Shown here: positions 51,045 through 62,901 of the stretch, one piece after another
Numbering within the stretch: position 1 is the first letter of the stretch
How the letters are laid out: every line of letters starts with the position of its first letter
Assembly (NCBI GenBank): GCA_963758525.1
Contig: CAVWVQ010000003.1
Span: 4,704,001 to 4,768,000 of the forward strand
DNA: 64,000 nucleotides
Direction of reading: 5' to 3'
Origin: an uncultured Phycisphaerales bacterium
GTDB lineage: Bacteria > Planctomycetota > Phycisphaerae > Tepidisphaerales > Tepidisphaeraceae
Position numbers and translations under genes: made by a program
Notes under the pieces: generated by a model
What the model saw: only the letters and a program-made list of their open reading frames with translations
What the model was told of the DNA's origin: nothing
The model's database searches: none

Positions 51045-51570
51045 GAAATGGACGACCGGTGCAGGGCGCGCGGTCGTGATTCGCGGCATTCGCGGCGATG
51101 ACGAAGAGGCGTTGCGCGCGTTCCATCGTTCTCTCTCGCCGGAGAGCGTCTACACACGATATTTTAACACTGTGAAATTAAACGCCCGCATCGCTCATGC
51201 CCGGCTGGAGCGAGTTTGTCATCCATCGCCAGAAAGTGAAACAGTGCTCGTCGTCGAAACGAAGGAGGAGGAAAAAAGGGGAAACACGGAGATTATTGCG
51301 GTCGGTCGGCTATCGATCAGCAGCGACTGTCGTATCGGCGAAGTCGCCGTCGTTGTGAGCGATGCTTTCCAGCGGCAGGGTGTCGGCCGTGAGCTGATGC
51401 GCCGGCTGATCGCCGATGCACGCGAACGACGCCTCGACCGGCTGGTTGCATATATTCTTCCCACCAACGTTTCGATGCAGCGTCTTTGCGAAAACGCCGG
51501 AATGCACCTCTGTGGCAGCGGTGTCAACGGTGCAGAACTGACAGCCATTCGGGAGTTAAGCACTCCTTGA
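51010..51570 (+). CDS. GNAT acetyltransferase (acyl-CoA ligase C-terminal type)
   Basis: 'FHRSLSPESVYTRYF', 'VSDAFQRQGVG', 'ILPTNVSM'. Confidence 0.85.
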   Translation: MPSKLDHVTANEKWTTGAGRAVVIRGIRGDDEEALRAFHRSLSPESVYTRYFNTVKLNARIAHARLERVCHPSPESETVLVVETKEEEKRGNTEIIAVGRLSISSDCRIGEVAVVVSDAFQRQGVGRELMRRLIADARERRLDRLVAYILPTNVSMQRLCENAGMHLCGSGVNGAELTAIRELSTP

Positions 51571-51597
51571 CAGGTAAATCGTTCCAGGTCGGATCGA

Positions 51598-52119
51598 TCA
51601 CACCTCATCGGCCATCTTGGCTTCTTCCCGCAGGATAGTGGTAACGAACCGGCACTCCAGTTCAGCCGGTTCGATCGATTTGTGCAACTCGCACGCCGCG
51701 GCGGCGACTGCACAGAGCATCGAAAGCATTCCCAACACAAACAGCGGCACCGCAACATACACCGCAGTCGGAAGCAATGTCGCCAGACCGAGCGTCAGGC
51801 AGCAAGCAATCAAAAGGCCGATGGTCAGCAGCAGGAAAAACAGCGTCAGGCGGATCAATTTCGCCCGGCGGGTCACGTGAAGGGTCTGCAGTTCCAGAAA
51901 GTCCAGCAGCTTGCGACGCTGCTGTGACTCGAAGCTCTCATCGTCGGCTTCCTGCAAGAGCCGCCGTTCATGAAGGCGCTCGCGCTGGAACGTCCGCAGC
52001 CGGGAAATAATCGCAGCCATTCTGTTGTAAAACGCCAGACACAGCAGTCCGCACGCGGAGATGATCACAACGGGTACAACAGCCGAGTTGACCACCTTCG
52101 TTAATTCGGACAACAACAT
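51598..52119 (-). CDS. DUF2721-like membrane protein
   Basis: 'VPVVIISACGLL...NRMAAIISRLR'; three TM helices. Confidence 0.7.
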   Translation of the reverse strand: MLLSELTKVVNSAVVPVVIISACGLLCLAFYNRMAAIISRLRTFQRERLHERRLLQEADDESFESQQRRKLLDFLELQTLHVTRRAKLIRLTLFFLLLTIGLLIACCLTLGLATLLPTAVYVAVPLFVLGMLSMLCAVAAAACELHKSIEPAELECRFVTTILREEAKMADEV

Positions 52120-52479
52120 ACATCACTGCTCCCTGGCAATCCGAGGCGAAAGTTGCGCGGGTACCTCGGCGAAGGACTGACCAGCCCGCATCCTCTACTG
52201 CATCGGCACGCGATCCCATCGGGAATCACCGCCTTTACACCATCAGGCACACGCGCCTGGCGAAACCTTCCACCCTTACTACCGCCATAGAGGATTCTCC
52301 TAGGTCCGCCAGCGGCATCGAACCTACTTTCGAACCGGGGCGATGCCTGATTGTTGCGACAGGTCGCAAGCCCGATATTCCTCTGGAATTCGTGAGCGCA
52401 TCCACGCTTCAACCTGCTCCTGGCGTTCGCGCTCTACGCCGGGAGATTTGGGGAGATGGCCGACCTCTACCGCAACTTT

Positions 52480-52672
52480 TTCCGATGGATCAGCGCGGGG
52501 CTCGGCGTCATCGCTGGCTTACAACTTGGTCGCGGGCGCACTGGCTGCCGCCGGAAAGATGAGCCCTCTCACGGCCGCCGTATTGATGCCGATCAGTTCG
52601 GGAAGCGTGCTGGCCTGGGCGGTATTGTCCATTCGATCCATTGGCTCTTCCAAGCCAGTTAGCCGGGAGTGA
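52480..52672 (+). pseudogene. C-terminal remnant of a heavy-metal P-type ATPase (CcoI/FixI-like)
   Basis: 'SLAYN...PLTAAVLMPISS' directly before ccoS; the rest of the gene is missing. Confidence 0.65.
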
Positions 52673-52676
52673 TGGG

Positions 52677-52832
52677 ATGAGCGTGCTATTCATTGTGGTG
52701 CCGCTGGCGATCATCGTTGCCGCGATCTTTCTCACCGCGTTCATTGTGTCGGTTCGTCGCGGACAATACGACGATCTCGACACGCCTCCGGTGCGGATGC
52801 TCTTTGACAACGAGCCGGAGAATCGCCCTTAA
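52677..52832 (+). CDS. ccoS: cbb3-type cytochrome oxidase maturation protein
   Basis: 'MSVLFIVVPLAII...SVRRGQYDDLDTPPVRMLFD'. Confidence 0.88.
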   Translation: MSVLFIVVPLAIIVAAIFLTAFIVSVRRGQYDDLDTPPVRMLFDNEPENRP

Positions 52833-52878
52833 ACCAGCGGCATTGCCCTATGCGACGTTTGAACAAATAAGCAAATCG

Positions 52879-55281
52879 TTACGTCTTCCATCGCCAATTT
52901 CGGATCTCCGGCATATCCTGCCCCTCGCGGCAGATGTATTGGCCGTGTTCGATCAACTTGTCGCGCATCGCCTGCTTCAAGTAAGCGGCGCTGGCGCCCA
53001 GGCTGGGAACGCGATCGATCACGTCCTGAACCAGGTGAAAGCGGTCCAGATCGTTTAACACCGTCATGTCAAACGGAGTGGTGATGGTGCCTTCCTCCTT
53101 GTAGCCGCGCGTGTGAATGTTGTGATGATTGGTCCGGCGGTAAGTCAGGCGATGAATCAGCCAGGGATAGCCGTGGAAGGCAAATATCACCGGCTTGTTT
53201 GTGGTGAACAGTGAATCGAAGTCGTTGTCACGCAATCCGTGCGGATGCTCGCTGTCCGGTTGCAACTTCATCAAATCGACCACGTTGACCAGCCGAATCT
53301 TCAGTGTGGGAACGGCGCTGCGAAGAATGGAGACCGCCGCCAGCGTCTCGAGTGTGGGAACATCGCCGGCGCAGGCCATCACGACATCCGGCTCACAGTC
53401 GGTGTCATTACTGGCCCATCCCCAGATGCCGATCCCCTTGGTGCAATGCTTGACAGCATCGTCCATCGTCAGCCATTGCGGAGCGGGGTGTTTGCCCGCG
53501 ACGACGACGTTCACATACTGCCGGCTGCGCAGACAATGATCCATGACCGACAGCAGGCAGTTGGCATCGGGAGGCAGATAGACTCGCACAATCTCGGCTT
53601 TCTTGTTGATCACATGATCGATAAATCCCGGATCCTGATGGGTAAACCCGTTGTGGTCCTGCCGCCAGACATGCGATGCCAGAAGATAGTTCAGTGAGGC
53701 AATGTCGCGCCGCCAGGGGAGGTGTGAGGTCACTTTGAGCCATTTGGCGTGCTGATTGAACATCGAATCGATGATGTGAATGAACGCTTCGTAGCAGTTG
53801 AAGAGGCCGTGCCGGCCGGTGAGAAGGTATCCTTCGAGCCACCCTTCGCATTGGTGTTCGCTGAGCACTTCCATGACGCGTCCATCGGATGCGAGGAATT
53901 CATCGGTGGGGAGGGTTTCGGCTTCCCACTGGCGATTCGTTGTTTCAAAGACCGCCAGGAGACGATTGGAGAGTGTTTCGTCGGGGCCGAAGAGCCGGAA
54001 GTTGCGACGGTCCTGATTCAGCTTGATGACATCGCGGATAAAGACCCCCAGCACGCGTGTGTCCTCGGCGGTAACTGACCCGGGCGCAGGGATGCTGACG
54101 GCATATTCGTGGAAGTCCGGCATGCGCAAATCGCGAAGCAGCGCGCCGCCATTGGTGTGCGGATTAGCGCCCATGCGCCGCTCGCCGGTCGGAGCCAGTT
54201 CGGCAATCTCCGGCCTCAACCGGCCAGTCTCGTCGAAGAGCTCTTCGGGACGGTAGCTGCGGAGCCAGCCTTCGAGTTGCTTGAGATGCGCTGGATTGGT
54301 GGCCGGGTCGGCCAGCGGCACCTGGTGCGAGCGGAAGGTTCCTTCGTTCGGCACGCCATCGATTTCTTTCGGGCCGGTCCAACCCTTGGGGCTTCTCAAA
54401 ACAATCATGGGCCAGCGCGGGCGATCCTGCGGACCCGACGCCTTGGCAACTGATTGAATCTGCCGGATTTGCTCGATCACGCGATCGAGCGTCGCCGCCA
54501 TCTGCTGGTGCATCACTTTGGGGTCGTCCCCTTCAACGAAATAGGGGGTGTAGCCATATCCCTCGAAAAGCTTCTGCAACTCATCGTGTGAGATTCTCGC
54601 AAGGATCGTGGGATTGGCGATTTTGTATCCGTTGAGATGGAGAATCGGCAGCACCACGCCGTCCGTTGCGGGGTTGAGGAATTTGTTGGAGTGCCAGGCC
54701 GTCGACAGCGGGCCGGTTTCAGCTTCCCCGTCGCCGACGACACAGGCGACAATCAGTTTCGGATTATCCAGCACAGCACCGAAGGAATGGCTCAGGGAAT
54801 ATCCCAGTTCGCCTCCTTCATGAATCGAGCCGGGACATTCCGGTGACACGTGACTGGGAATTCCGCCGGGAAAAGAAAACTGCTTGAAGAGCTTTCGCAG
54901 CCCGGCCTCATCCTGCGTGATATTGGGATAGATCTCGCTGTAGGTTCCTTCGAGATAGGTACTGCCCACCAGCGCCGGCCCACCGTGTCCAGGGCCGGAC
55001 ACGTAGAACATGTTCAGATCAAACTGTTTGATGATCCGGTTCAGATGCACGTAAATGAAGTTCTGTCCCGGAGTGGTTCCCCAGTGCCCCAGCAGCATTT
55101 TCTTCACATGCTCCAGCTTCAAGGGCGCCTTCAGCAGCGGATTGTCGCACAGATAAATCTGCCCGACGGACACGTAGTTGGCGGCCCGCCAGTATGCGTC
55201 CATCCTCGCCGCCAGCTCCGGGGACAATGGGGAGTTGTGGGTGGGTTGCTTTACATTTGGGGTGTCAAGTGTCTGTGTCAT
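52879..55281 (-). CDS. xfp: Xylulose-5-phosphate/fructose-6-phosphate phosphoketolase
   Basis: '[10 protein letters not shown]', '[11 protein letters not shown]', 'GDGEAETG', '[10 protein letters not shown]', '[12 protein letters not shown]'. Confidence 0.96.
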   Translation of the reverse strand: MTQTLDTPNVKQPTHNSPLSPELAARMDAYWRAANYVSVGQIYLCDNPLLKAPLKLEHVKKMLLGHWGTTPGQNFIYVHLNRIIKQFDLNMFYVSGPGHGGPALVGSTYLEGTYSEIYPNITQDEAGLRKLFKQFSFPGGIPSHVSPECPGSIHEGGELGYSLSHSFGAVLDNPKLIVACVVGDGEAETGPLSTAWHSNKFLNPATDGVVLPILHLNGYKIANPTILARISHDELQKLFEGYGYTPYFVEGDDPKVMHQQMAATLDRVIEQIRQIQSVAKASGPQDRPRWPMIVLRSPKGWTGPKEIDGVPNEGTFRSHQVPLADPATNPAHLKQLEGWLRSYRPEELFDETGRLRPEIAELAPTGERRMGANPHTNGGALLRDLRMPDFHEYAVSIPAPGSVTAEDTRVLGVFIRDVIKLNQDRRNFRLFGPDETLSNRLLAVFETTNRQWEAETLPTDEFLASDGRVMEVLSEHQCEGWLEGYLLTGRHGLFNCYEAFIHIIDSMFNQHAKWLKVTSHLPWRRDIASLNYLLASHVWRQDHNGFTHQDPGFIDHVINKKAEIVRVYLPPDANCLLSVMDHCLRSRQYVNVVVAGKHPAPQWLTMDDAVKHCTKGIGIWGWASNDTDCEPDVVMACAGDVPTLETLAAVSILRSAVPTLKIRLVNVVDLMKLQPDSEHPHGLRDNDFDSLFTTNKPVIFAFHGYPWLIHRLTYRRTNHHNIHTRGYKEEGTITTPFDMTVLNDLDRFHLVQDVIDRVPSLGASAAYLKQAMRDKLIEHGQYICREGQDMPEIRNWRWKT

Positions 55282-55398
55282 CGGATGCTCCTTCGGTATC
55301 AGATCTTCGCAAAGAGGGATTTAGATTGAATGAGGGCTTTTTGTTTCACCTTGATCGAAGCTGATTAGCATGCTTGCCGACAATTATTTTTAAGCAAC

Positions 55399-55423
55399 AA
55401 AAAAAACCCGCGAGAATCGCGGG
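55399..55423 (-). terminator. Intrinsic terminator
   Basis: CCCGCGA-GAA-TCGCGGG hairpin with a T8 tail on the minus strand. Confidence 0.65.
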
Positions 55424-55709
55424 CTTGTGATACCCCCAAGGGGAGTCTGCCGATCATGGTTTTGCCGGGAAAAACAACGGTGACCGCCCGAGGCGCGCGC
55501 CGGAGCGCGCGCGGGGGGTTTTGGCCGACAATCGCCTTTTGAGCGTCCACGAAAAGCTTGAGGTTTGGCCGCCATCCGTGCATCGGGCTCTGGATGAGGA
55601 ATCGCCATCAATGACCGAGGAGAAGAGGAACGCCGTCTTTGCCCAGGTGCGGGCAATGCCAAGATCTTGAGTTTACCCGTGGCCTTGCGGCGTGTCACAT
55701 GCTGATGAT

Positions 55710-56275
55710 CTATGGCGGTCGGCGGGAGCGGGAGCGGCGCCATGAGTCCGGTCGGTCGCCGTCTTCGTTTTGCCCGGAGCAACCGAGACAGACCGACATA
55801 CCGCAGCGTTCACAGACTTGCATGCAATCCTCGCAGTAATCCTTCTGGCAGTGATCGCAGAAGCGGAGGCTGTCGCCCGAGGCGGTGACGCCGCAGTCTG
55901 AGCAGGCATGGCCATCCCAGTCTTCCGGGGCCACGTAAGCGGATGAGGCGTTGTAGGTATGCAGCACCCGGTTCATGAGCTGGAAGGCATCCCCAATCCG
56001 TCCCTCGGCGAGGGCGCACGAGATGGGGGCGGTGGCATCGCCGGCCCAGAGACGCTTCTCGCAAACGTGCGGATGCACGCAGGATTTGCCGGCGGCGGGA
56101 TTGGCATTTCGGGCGTGGATCACGAACACAGACGAGTCGACGCGCTGGGAGAGGGCTTCAAAATCAAGCCGGATGACAAAAGTACCGAGCCGGACTCCTC
56201 TCAGCGTGATCTCATCGGTCGTGACAGCGATGCGTTTCTCATCGCACAGAAACCCTCGGAGAAGTCGGGGGCCGT
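55710..56275 (-). pseudogene. Remnant of a planctomycete E2-like (ubiquitin-conjugation-type) protein with Cys-rich tail
   Basis: Frame reads 'VTTDEITLRGVRLGTFVIRLD...ANPAAGKSCVHPHVCEKRLWAGDA...YNASSAYV', then CxxC repeats; no N-terminus. Confidence 0.5.
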
Positions 56276-56280
56276 GGACC

Positions 56281-59200
56281 TCAGTGGAGCGTCGCTGGAC
56301 AGCAGATCACGCTTTCTGGAATTGGACCCCTTGGCTGACCGGGCCCGCTGAGTTCAAGCGCCGGCGCGGCGCCGTCCCAGACCAAGGGTCTCATCCCTGG
56401 AAGATTGAGCTGCAACAGGTTGTCGCCGCGCATGTCAATGTAGGTGACCGACAAGGCATGCTTTCCCTTTTGCAGGGCGATTGACCACGTCCCAACCGCG
56501 TGCAGGCTTGTAGCGGGGTACCACCGGGCGCCGTCGATGGAGATGCTCAGATCGTAGCCGGCGGTAATGTTTGGCTCATACGATTCCGGGGGCGCAAAAA
56601 GGTATAAACGCCGTCGGCGGGGACGTCGATATACCCGGTGTAACGAAACGCATACGTCGTAACCGAGCCCTTCGCGGAAAGGTCGACGAGGGCTCCTGCA
56701 TGCCCGCTGGAAGCGGGCTTGAGCTCGTCGAGTCTCATCAACAAGTCCTGCCAACGTCCGGCGAAATATTCATAGTGCAGCCCCGCCTCTGTCGGAACCG
56801 CCGCCAGCGAGGGATGCAGTGCTTCGGCTTTGAAGCGGGCCTTGGTCACCGCGGAGACCAGCGTGCCGTTTTGAGTATTCGGCATTGCCGTCACGCCCGG
56901 ACGGACGGCGCGGGCCTTGACCTGCGTATCCACAGTAATCGTGAATGGACCTGTGTAAACGGGCGAGGCCAGCGTGGGATCACTGCCATCACAGGTATAA
57001 CGGATCTGCGCCCCCGGCGTGGCGGAGGCGAGCGTCACGGTTTGCTGGGCGACGAATACATTGCAGTTCAGTGGTGCAATCGTCACAGGCGCAAGTGGCG
57101 TGTAGATGGGCGTAACAGTCAGGCCGTTGGCGGTCAGAGCAAATTCGACATCGGGCGCCGGCAGTGAGACCGTGTGTCCACTCACCGACATGGCCGCCGC
57201 GCCCAATACGATGCCGCGCCGAGTGCCGTCCGCGCCGGTTGTCAGAAGCAACGTCTCGGCAGAGGCGTGCAAGTCGCCTAATCGCAATTCGCCAGGCGCT
57301 TTGATCGCCGCCAGGTATTCCACGCGCAACCCCTCTGGCGTAACCGCTGAGAATCCCACGGCGCCCGAAGCCTTCAGAGGGGTCACGTCGCGCAGGTCTT
57401 CCTCCGTACCATGGCGCGGGCGGATCACGGTGACCACCACGCTCTGATCGCGGGCTTTCCACGCGCCGCTGACACAAAGAAAATCGTGGAGCAGGTAGTG
57501 ATTTGTTTTCGACGCGTGCTCCTCGATCGAGGTGAAACTCAGCGGAGCCGACGGAAAATGAAAGAGCGAGACATTGGCGCTGGGCCGGGAAGTTTTGATG
57601 GTGGCATCAGCCGACTTGACGGTGATCTGCTGCGGGGTGAAATCGGAGGGAACCTTGCTTGGCTGAATCGCAAAGCGCCAATCGAGCGAATAATCATGCT
57701 CGGCCGGACTGCGCAACCGGTCGGTGACGATCCAGAAGCCGGCCGCGCGTACAAACTGCACGAGGCGTTGATGGATTACGTCATTGCAGCCGCCGGCGCG
57801 ACCATATACGCCGGAGTAGACGCCCTCCGCCAGATCGAACGCGGTTGAATTGTGCGAACGCCAAGGTGCCGGCTGGTGCCAGGCAAGCAATGTTCCGCGA
57901 TGACCCCAGGAGGGAACGCCCGCCCAGAAAAATTGTTCCTGACCGTCCACGCGCACGGGAGAATGGGGCTCATCGTATGGGCCGTTGTCACCGGCTCCGA
58001 TCAAGTCCTCCCCGAATGCCGACACGCCCACTGCATTGTTATTGCGTCGGGAAAGGGATCCGACGGCCGGCTTGGGTGAGCAGAACATGTAGAGATACGG
58101 ATCGCCGCTGTTCCAGCCGGCGCGCATGTAATTGTGCCCGCTGTAGGGAAGCGATTCGGAGGTGAACGAGGGAGGCGTCTGCATTTCGCCCACGCCCAGC
58201 GACAGGATGCTTGCAATGTCCGGGTTGGCAAATGCCTCGGGAACGAACCACGAGATTGCGCCGTATGCCTGGGCCGCGCGATCCTCATGAGCATCGCGGG
58301 TGCCCCCGATCGGCCATTCGCGATTGGCTTGAATGTGGCCCGCGAGCATGCGCCCGGCGGAGCATTTCTTCACGGATGCCGCGCTCAAACAGATCGAGGC
58401 GGAAGCCGTCGCGAAGATCACGTTTCTCCCATGCGGGAAGCTGCCAGTCCGCCAATCGCAATGCCCGAAGGTTGAGTGTTTCCAGGATCGGGACGGCCCC
58501 CATCATGTACTGGTAGTGGTAGCCGACGGTTGAATCGATGTCTCCGCCGTCGGGCATGTGACGAAACGGCGCCATCAGCTCTATCTTGCGGAGCGAATCC
58601 CGCACGAGGTCCGGAGCCCATTGATACTCATCAAAGAACAAGGCGAGATCGAGCTGGGATGACGCGCTCAATTCCGTCCAGCCGTTCGCATTGGCGCGGT
58701 GATACATGAGAGTGAGCGGCGGGTAGTCACCAAGAAGCCGGCCCAGCACGCGTGCGAACGTCGGGGGCGGCAGGGCGTCGGCTCCCCCAGGGACGGCAGC
58801 CACCGCGTTCCAGTACTTCAGGACGTTGAGCACCATGTCGTCGGCCCCGGCCCATTGATCTGGAAGCTGGGCGAGAGTCGCGGCGGACACGCCGAACACC
58901 TGATTCATCGCCCAGTCGTCTGCATAGGCTGCCCAGCGGTTCATGTAGGTGCGGTCGCCGGTGAAGATGTAAGCTGCAAGCAGCGGGGAAAAGGCGTCGA
59001 CGTGCCACGGCCAAGCGCCGCCGAAGTTCTGCCGCGCATCCGCGACGGCAGCTTGCCAGTTGATTTGCCCGGGCTCGCCAATCTGCACACGATGGTTGTC
59101 GATGTTGAGAACCCCACCCATGAGATCGCGGGCCTGAGCGAGGATCGCATCACGCTGGCTGGTATCGATCAAGGGATGGATCCACTTCCACATCACCGGG

Positions 59201-59589
59201 CCGCCCGAGTACGCGTCAAATCGAGCGCGACCGAGCCCGTAGTCATCAACATGACGGAGCTTGTTCAGAGTGTATTGTTTGAAAAGGTCGATCGCGCCCG
59301 CGTAGTCCTGGTGGTCCATCAGCCCGCGGATCTTTTGCAGTGCGGCCCATCGATCCGGCCGTCTGAACTCCCGCTGATCCCACGTCGCGAGAAAGGTCAT
59401 ATCCAGCAGTTCATGCGCAGCCTTGTCGACATTCGCAGGCGAGTTCCGCTGGGGGAAGCTTCCCGAACGCTCCTGCAAGTGTTCCGGAGCCGGCAAATTC
59501 GCGGGATCTGGCGCTGCGGCACACAGCGACTCGCGGGCAACGAGGAGCAGAAATAACGCAGCGGAGATTCCGGAAGTCTTGATTTTCAT
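56281..59589 (-). CDS. Heparinase II/III-like protein with Fn3-associated and PA14-like domains (paralogue B; frameshifts near 58340 and 56590)
   Basis: Signal peptide MKIKTS...; 'YMRAGW', 'FDLAEGVYSG', 'IRYTCDGSDPT', 'RYTGYIDVPADGVYTF'. Confidence 0.7.
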
Positions 59590-62500
59590 CTGCACAGCCA
59601 TTCCGAGGGGATCGGACGAGTTTCGATTCCGGGCCCATCGACACGGAGGTCCGGGGTGTTGCCGGTCCAGATCCATGGTGCAAAGCCCGGCTTGTTGTTG
59701 CGCCGGCGCGTCGCCCCGGAAGTCGGCGAAGGTGACCTCAAGCCGGTGCTTCCCTTGCTTCAGGGCGATCGACCAGGAGCCCAGTGCATGACGGGTTGCA
59801 GCCGGATACCACTGGATCCCGTCAACGACAATGTTCAGGTCGTAGCCAGAGACAATGTTCATAAGGTACGACTCGGAGGGCGCGTGAAATGTATAGACGC
59901 CGTCCGTCGGCACCGCCAGATATCCCTGATACCGCACGCGATAGATGGTCCCTGGGGCGATGCTCGGTGAAGCGAACAGGCGATCGACTTCCCCTGAAGA
60001 AGAGACAGGGACGATCTGCGGCGAGAGGAAGAGGTCTTGCCACCGGCCGGTCGAAATCTCGTAATGCAATCCGGGAACGGTCGCCGCGTCGACCGCCGGC
60101 CTGGCGATCAGCGCCGTAAAGTCGGCGCGGGCGACCAGCGACGCCAGACGGCAGCTCATCGTGATTGGCATCTCGGTAACACCCTTGCGGAAGGCGCGCG
60201 CCTTAATCGTTGTATCGCGTTGGATGTCGAACGGTCCGGCATAGAGCGATGACAACAACGTCGGAGCGGTGCCGTCCGTGGTAAAGCGAATTTCCGCGTC
60301 GGCGGTGGGGCAGCTCAATGTGATCTGCTGGCTGTCCAGGAAGGCGCAGCGATCAGCCGGTTCGATTCGTACATTGCCAACGGGGGTATGGATGGCGGTC
60401 GAGGTGAACTGCTCGCCGGTGCAAAGAAATTCGGCATCGGCGCCCGCGAGCAATCCTTGGACGCCTTCCCGAAGCCTCAGCGCCCGGTCGCCGAGGACGA
60501 CGCCGGATCGCACGCCTCCCGGCTCGTCAACCACCAGCAACGCCTCTGCCTCCGCGCCCAGGTCGCCGGCCGAGAGCCTGGCGGGCGCCGCATTGGCAGC
60601 GACGAAATGCACCGACCCGCCCGTTGGCAGCGTCGCCTCAAACCCGGTCACTGCCCCGGCAGTCAGACTGCGCACGTCGCTCAGGTCGTTCCCGTTGACG
60701 GGGCGGGGGAGGATCGCGGTTACGATCACGCCTGAGCCGGCCGCAGCGGTCCAGGACTCGCCAATCCGAAGAAAGTCGTGCGTGTGATAGCCGCTCTTCG
60801 GATCGCCGCGCTCCTCGGCATGATCGAAGACGAGATGCTGGGCGGAGAAGTGGCGCAGCGTCACATTTGCATCTTTTTCCCGATGGGTGGTGATCATCTG
60901 GCGATCTTCGTCGGCGAGGATCTGGTCGGGAGTAAAGACGGTGTCCCTGCCGGGCGCGATCGGAAGCCGCCAGTCGAGCGTGTACGTATGCTTCGCATCG
61001 CTGCTCAAGCGGTCGACGATGATCCACATGTTCGCGCATCGCACGAAGAATGCCTGGCGACGGTGGGTAACGCCGGCGATGTGATCCTCGTCGCCGTAGC
61101 CGCCCGAATATTCCCCCTCGGCCAGATCGAATCGGGAGGAATCGTGCCAGCGCCAGGGAGGAGCATCCTCCCAGGCGCGCGGACCGTTCTCGCCGCCGCC
61201 CATCACCCCGCGATGAGCCCAGCGAAGCACGCCGTTGGCAAAGTACGCCTCGCGCCCATCGACGCGCAGGGGCGAATGGGGCGGATCGTAGGGGCCGTTC
61301 TCCCCGGTCTCCAGGAGATCGGCGCCGTAAGCCGCGATGCCGATTGCATTGGGGTTACGGATACCCATTGAGCCGCCGTCGAGATGCGGCGGGCAATGCA
61401 TGTAGAGATACGGGTCGCCGTGCTTCCAGCCGGCCCGCTGGTAGAACACCCCTGAGACGGGGAAACATTCAGACGTGAACGGTGGGGCGAGACCCTTCTC
61501 GGCAAAGCTGACTAGCGCGGCGGTCCCCGGATCACCGAGCATCTCGGGAACCATGGCGATCAGGCCGTAGGTCGGCCCGTTTTCCTTGCGGTGACCGACG
61601 CGCCCGCCGCCGATTGGCGTGTCTCCCTCCGGGGTGGCGTGCGCAAGTCCGTAACGGGTGCGCGCCAGCATATCATCGCGAAGGTTTCCCAGCCAACGCG
61701 CATCGTCGAATGAGGATCGCCACGATTGCTCCCAGGCCGGGAGTTCCCATTGCGGGATCGCCCCGCGGGCGGCGAGGCGATCGATGGTCCCTTGAGCGCC
61801 GAGCAGGAATTGGCGCCAGTAGCCGTAGGTTGTGTCGAAGTCCACGCCATCGGGCATGTGACGGAGGGGAATTAAAAGATCCAGCTCGCGCAGCGAGTCG
61901 CGAAGCAGGATCGGCGCGCACCGATACTCATCAAACAGGAAGGCCAGATCCACCATCTGCGGAATACCGACATCCGTCCAGTTGGTCATGTTGGCGCGCT
62001 GATAGAGCACGGCCAGCGGCAAGTACTCGCGCACGAGCCGCGCAGTCACGCGGGCAAAGGTATCGGCGGGCACGGCCTCGATCCCGCCGGGAATCATGCT
62101 CACGCCGCGGAGGTAACGGAAGATCTCAAACGCCCCCCAGGCGTTTCCCCAGCGATCGTCCATATCGATGCCAATCGCCGGCAGTCCGTCATGCTGATTG
62201 ATCGCCCAGTCGTCGGCGTAGGCCGCCCAGGTATCGAGATAGCGGCGGTCCCCGGTGAGAAGATACGCGCCCAGCAGCGGATTGAATGCTTCGACGCGCC
62301 AGGGCCAGTCCTCATTTCCCTGATGACCGGCCGCGGCGGAGGCGGCGCGCCAGTCAATCGAGCCCGGTTTGCCAATACTGGTCGCATTTGCCCCCCTGAT
62401 GCGACCGTCCACGTTTTGTCCGCCGATGCCCACGCCCTTCAAGAGGTCATCGGCCTTGTGCAGTATCTCGTCTCGCTGTGCGTCCGAGACAGGGGGCTGA

Positions 62501-62901
62501 TGCAGCCATTTCCAACGCGGCTCTCCGATTGACCAGGGGTCCATCCGGGCAACGCTCACTCCGAACCCCCCCTCGCCGTCGCACAGGCGCAGTTTTTCGA
62601 GCGAGTATCGCTTGAAGTCCTCCAGCGCGGTGGTGTAGTCCTTGTTGTCGAGCTCGCCGCGGATTCTGCCGAGCCGCTCCCATCGCCCGGGACGGTTGAA
62701 ATCGCCTGGTCCCCATTGGCCGATCCACGTCAGCGCGAAAAGCTCGCGCACCGCACGCTCGACGGCGACGGGTGAATGGCGATCGGCGAAATGAATTTCG
62801 GATTCAACCGGCGCGGCGGGTGGTGACCCGGCACGCAGCACGCCGCCGGTAGTGACCAGAAGAAAAAGCGTGGGGATGACTGTGGAATTCTTTATCTTCA
62901 T
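59586..62901 (-). CDS. Heparinase II/III-like protein with Fn3-associated and PA14-like domains (paralogue A; frameshift near 59700)
   Basis: Signal peptide MKIKNS...; same motif order as paralogue B; the alternative frame ends ...IPSEWLCR-TGA with an ATGA overlap onto B. Confidence 0.72.

Noticed and set aside
55345..55370. FNR box upstream of xfp
   Set aside because: Only one TTGAT half-site, with no ATCAA partner at the right spacing
55430..55575. c-di-GMP-I riboswitch upstream of the terminator and xfp
   Set aside because: Only loose GGCCAAACC...GGACGC similarity; the GAAA-capped stem and second stem are not evident
58285..62901. Single 1538-aa fusion protein
   Set aside because: A second signal peptide starts at 59589, and the first paralogue's proper C-terminus lies in another frame
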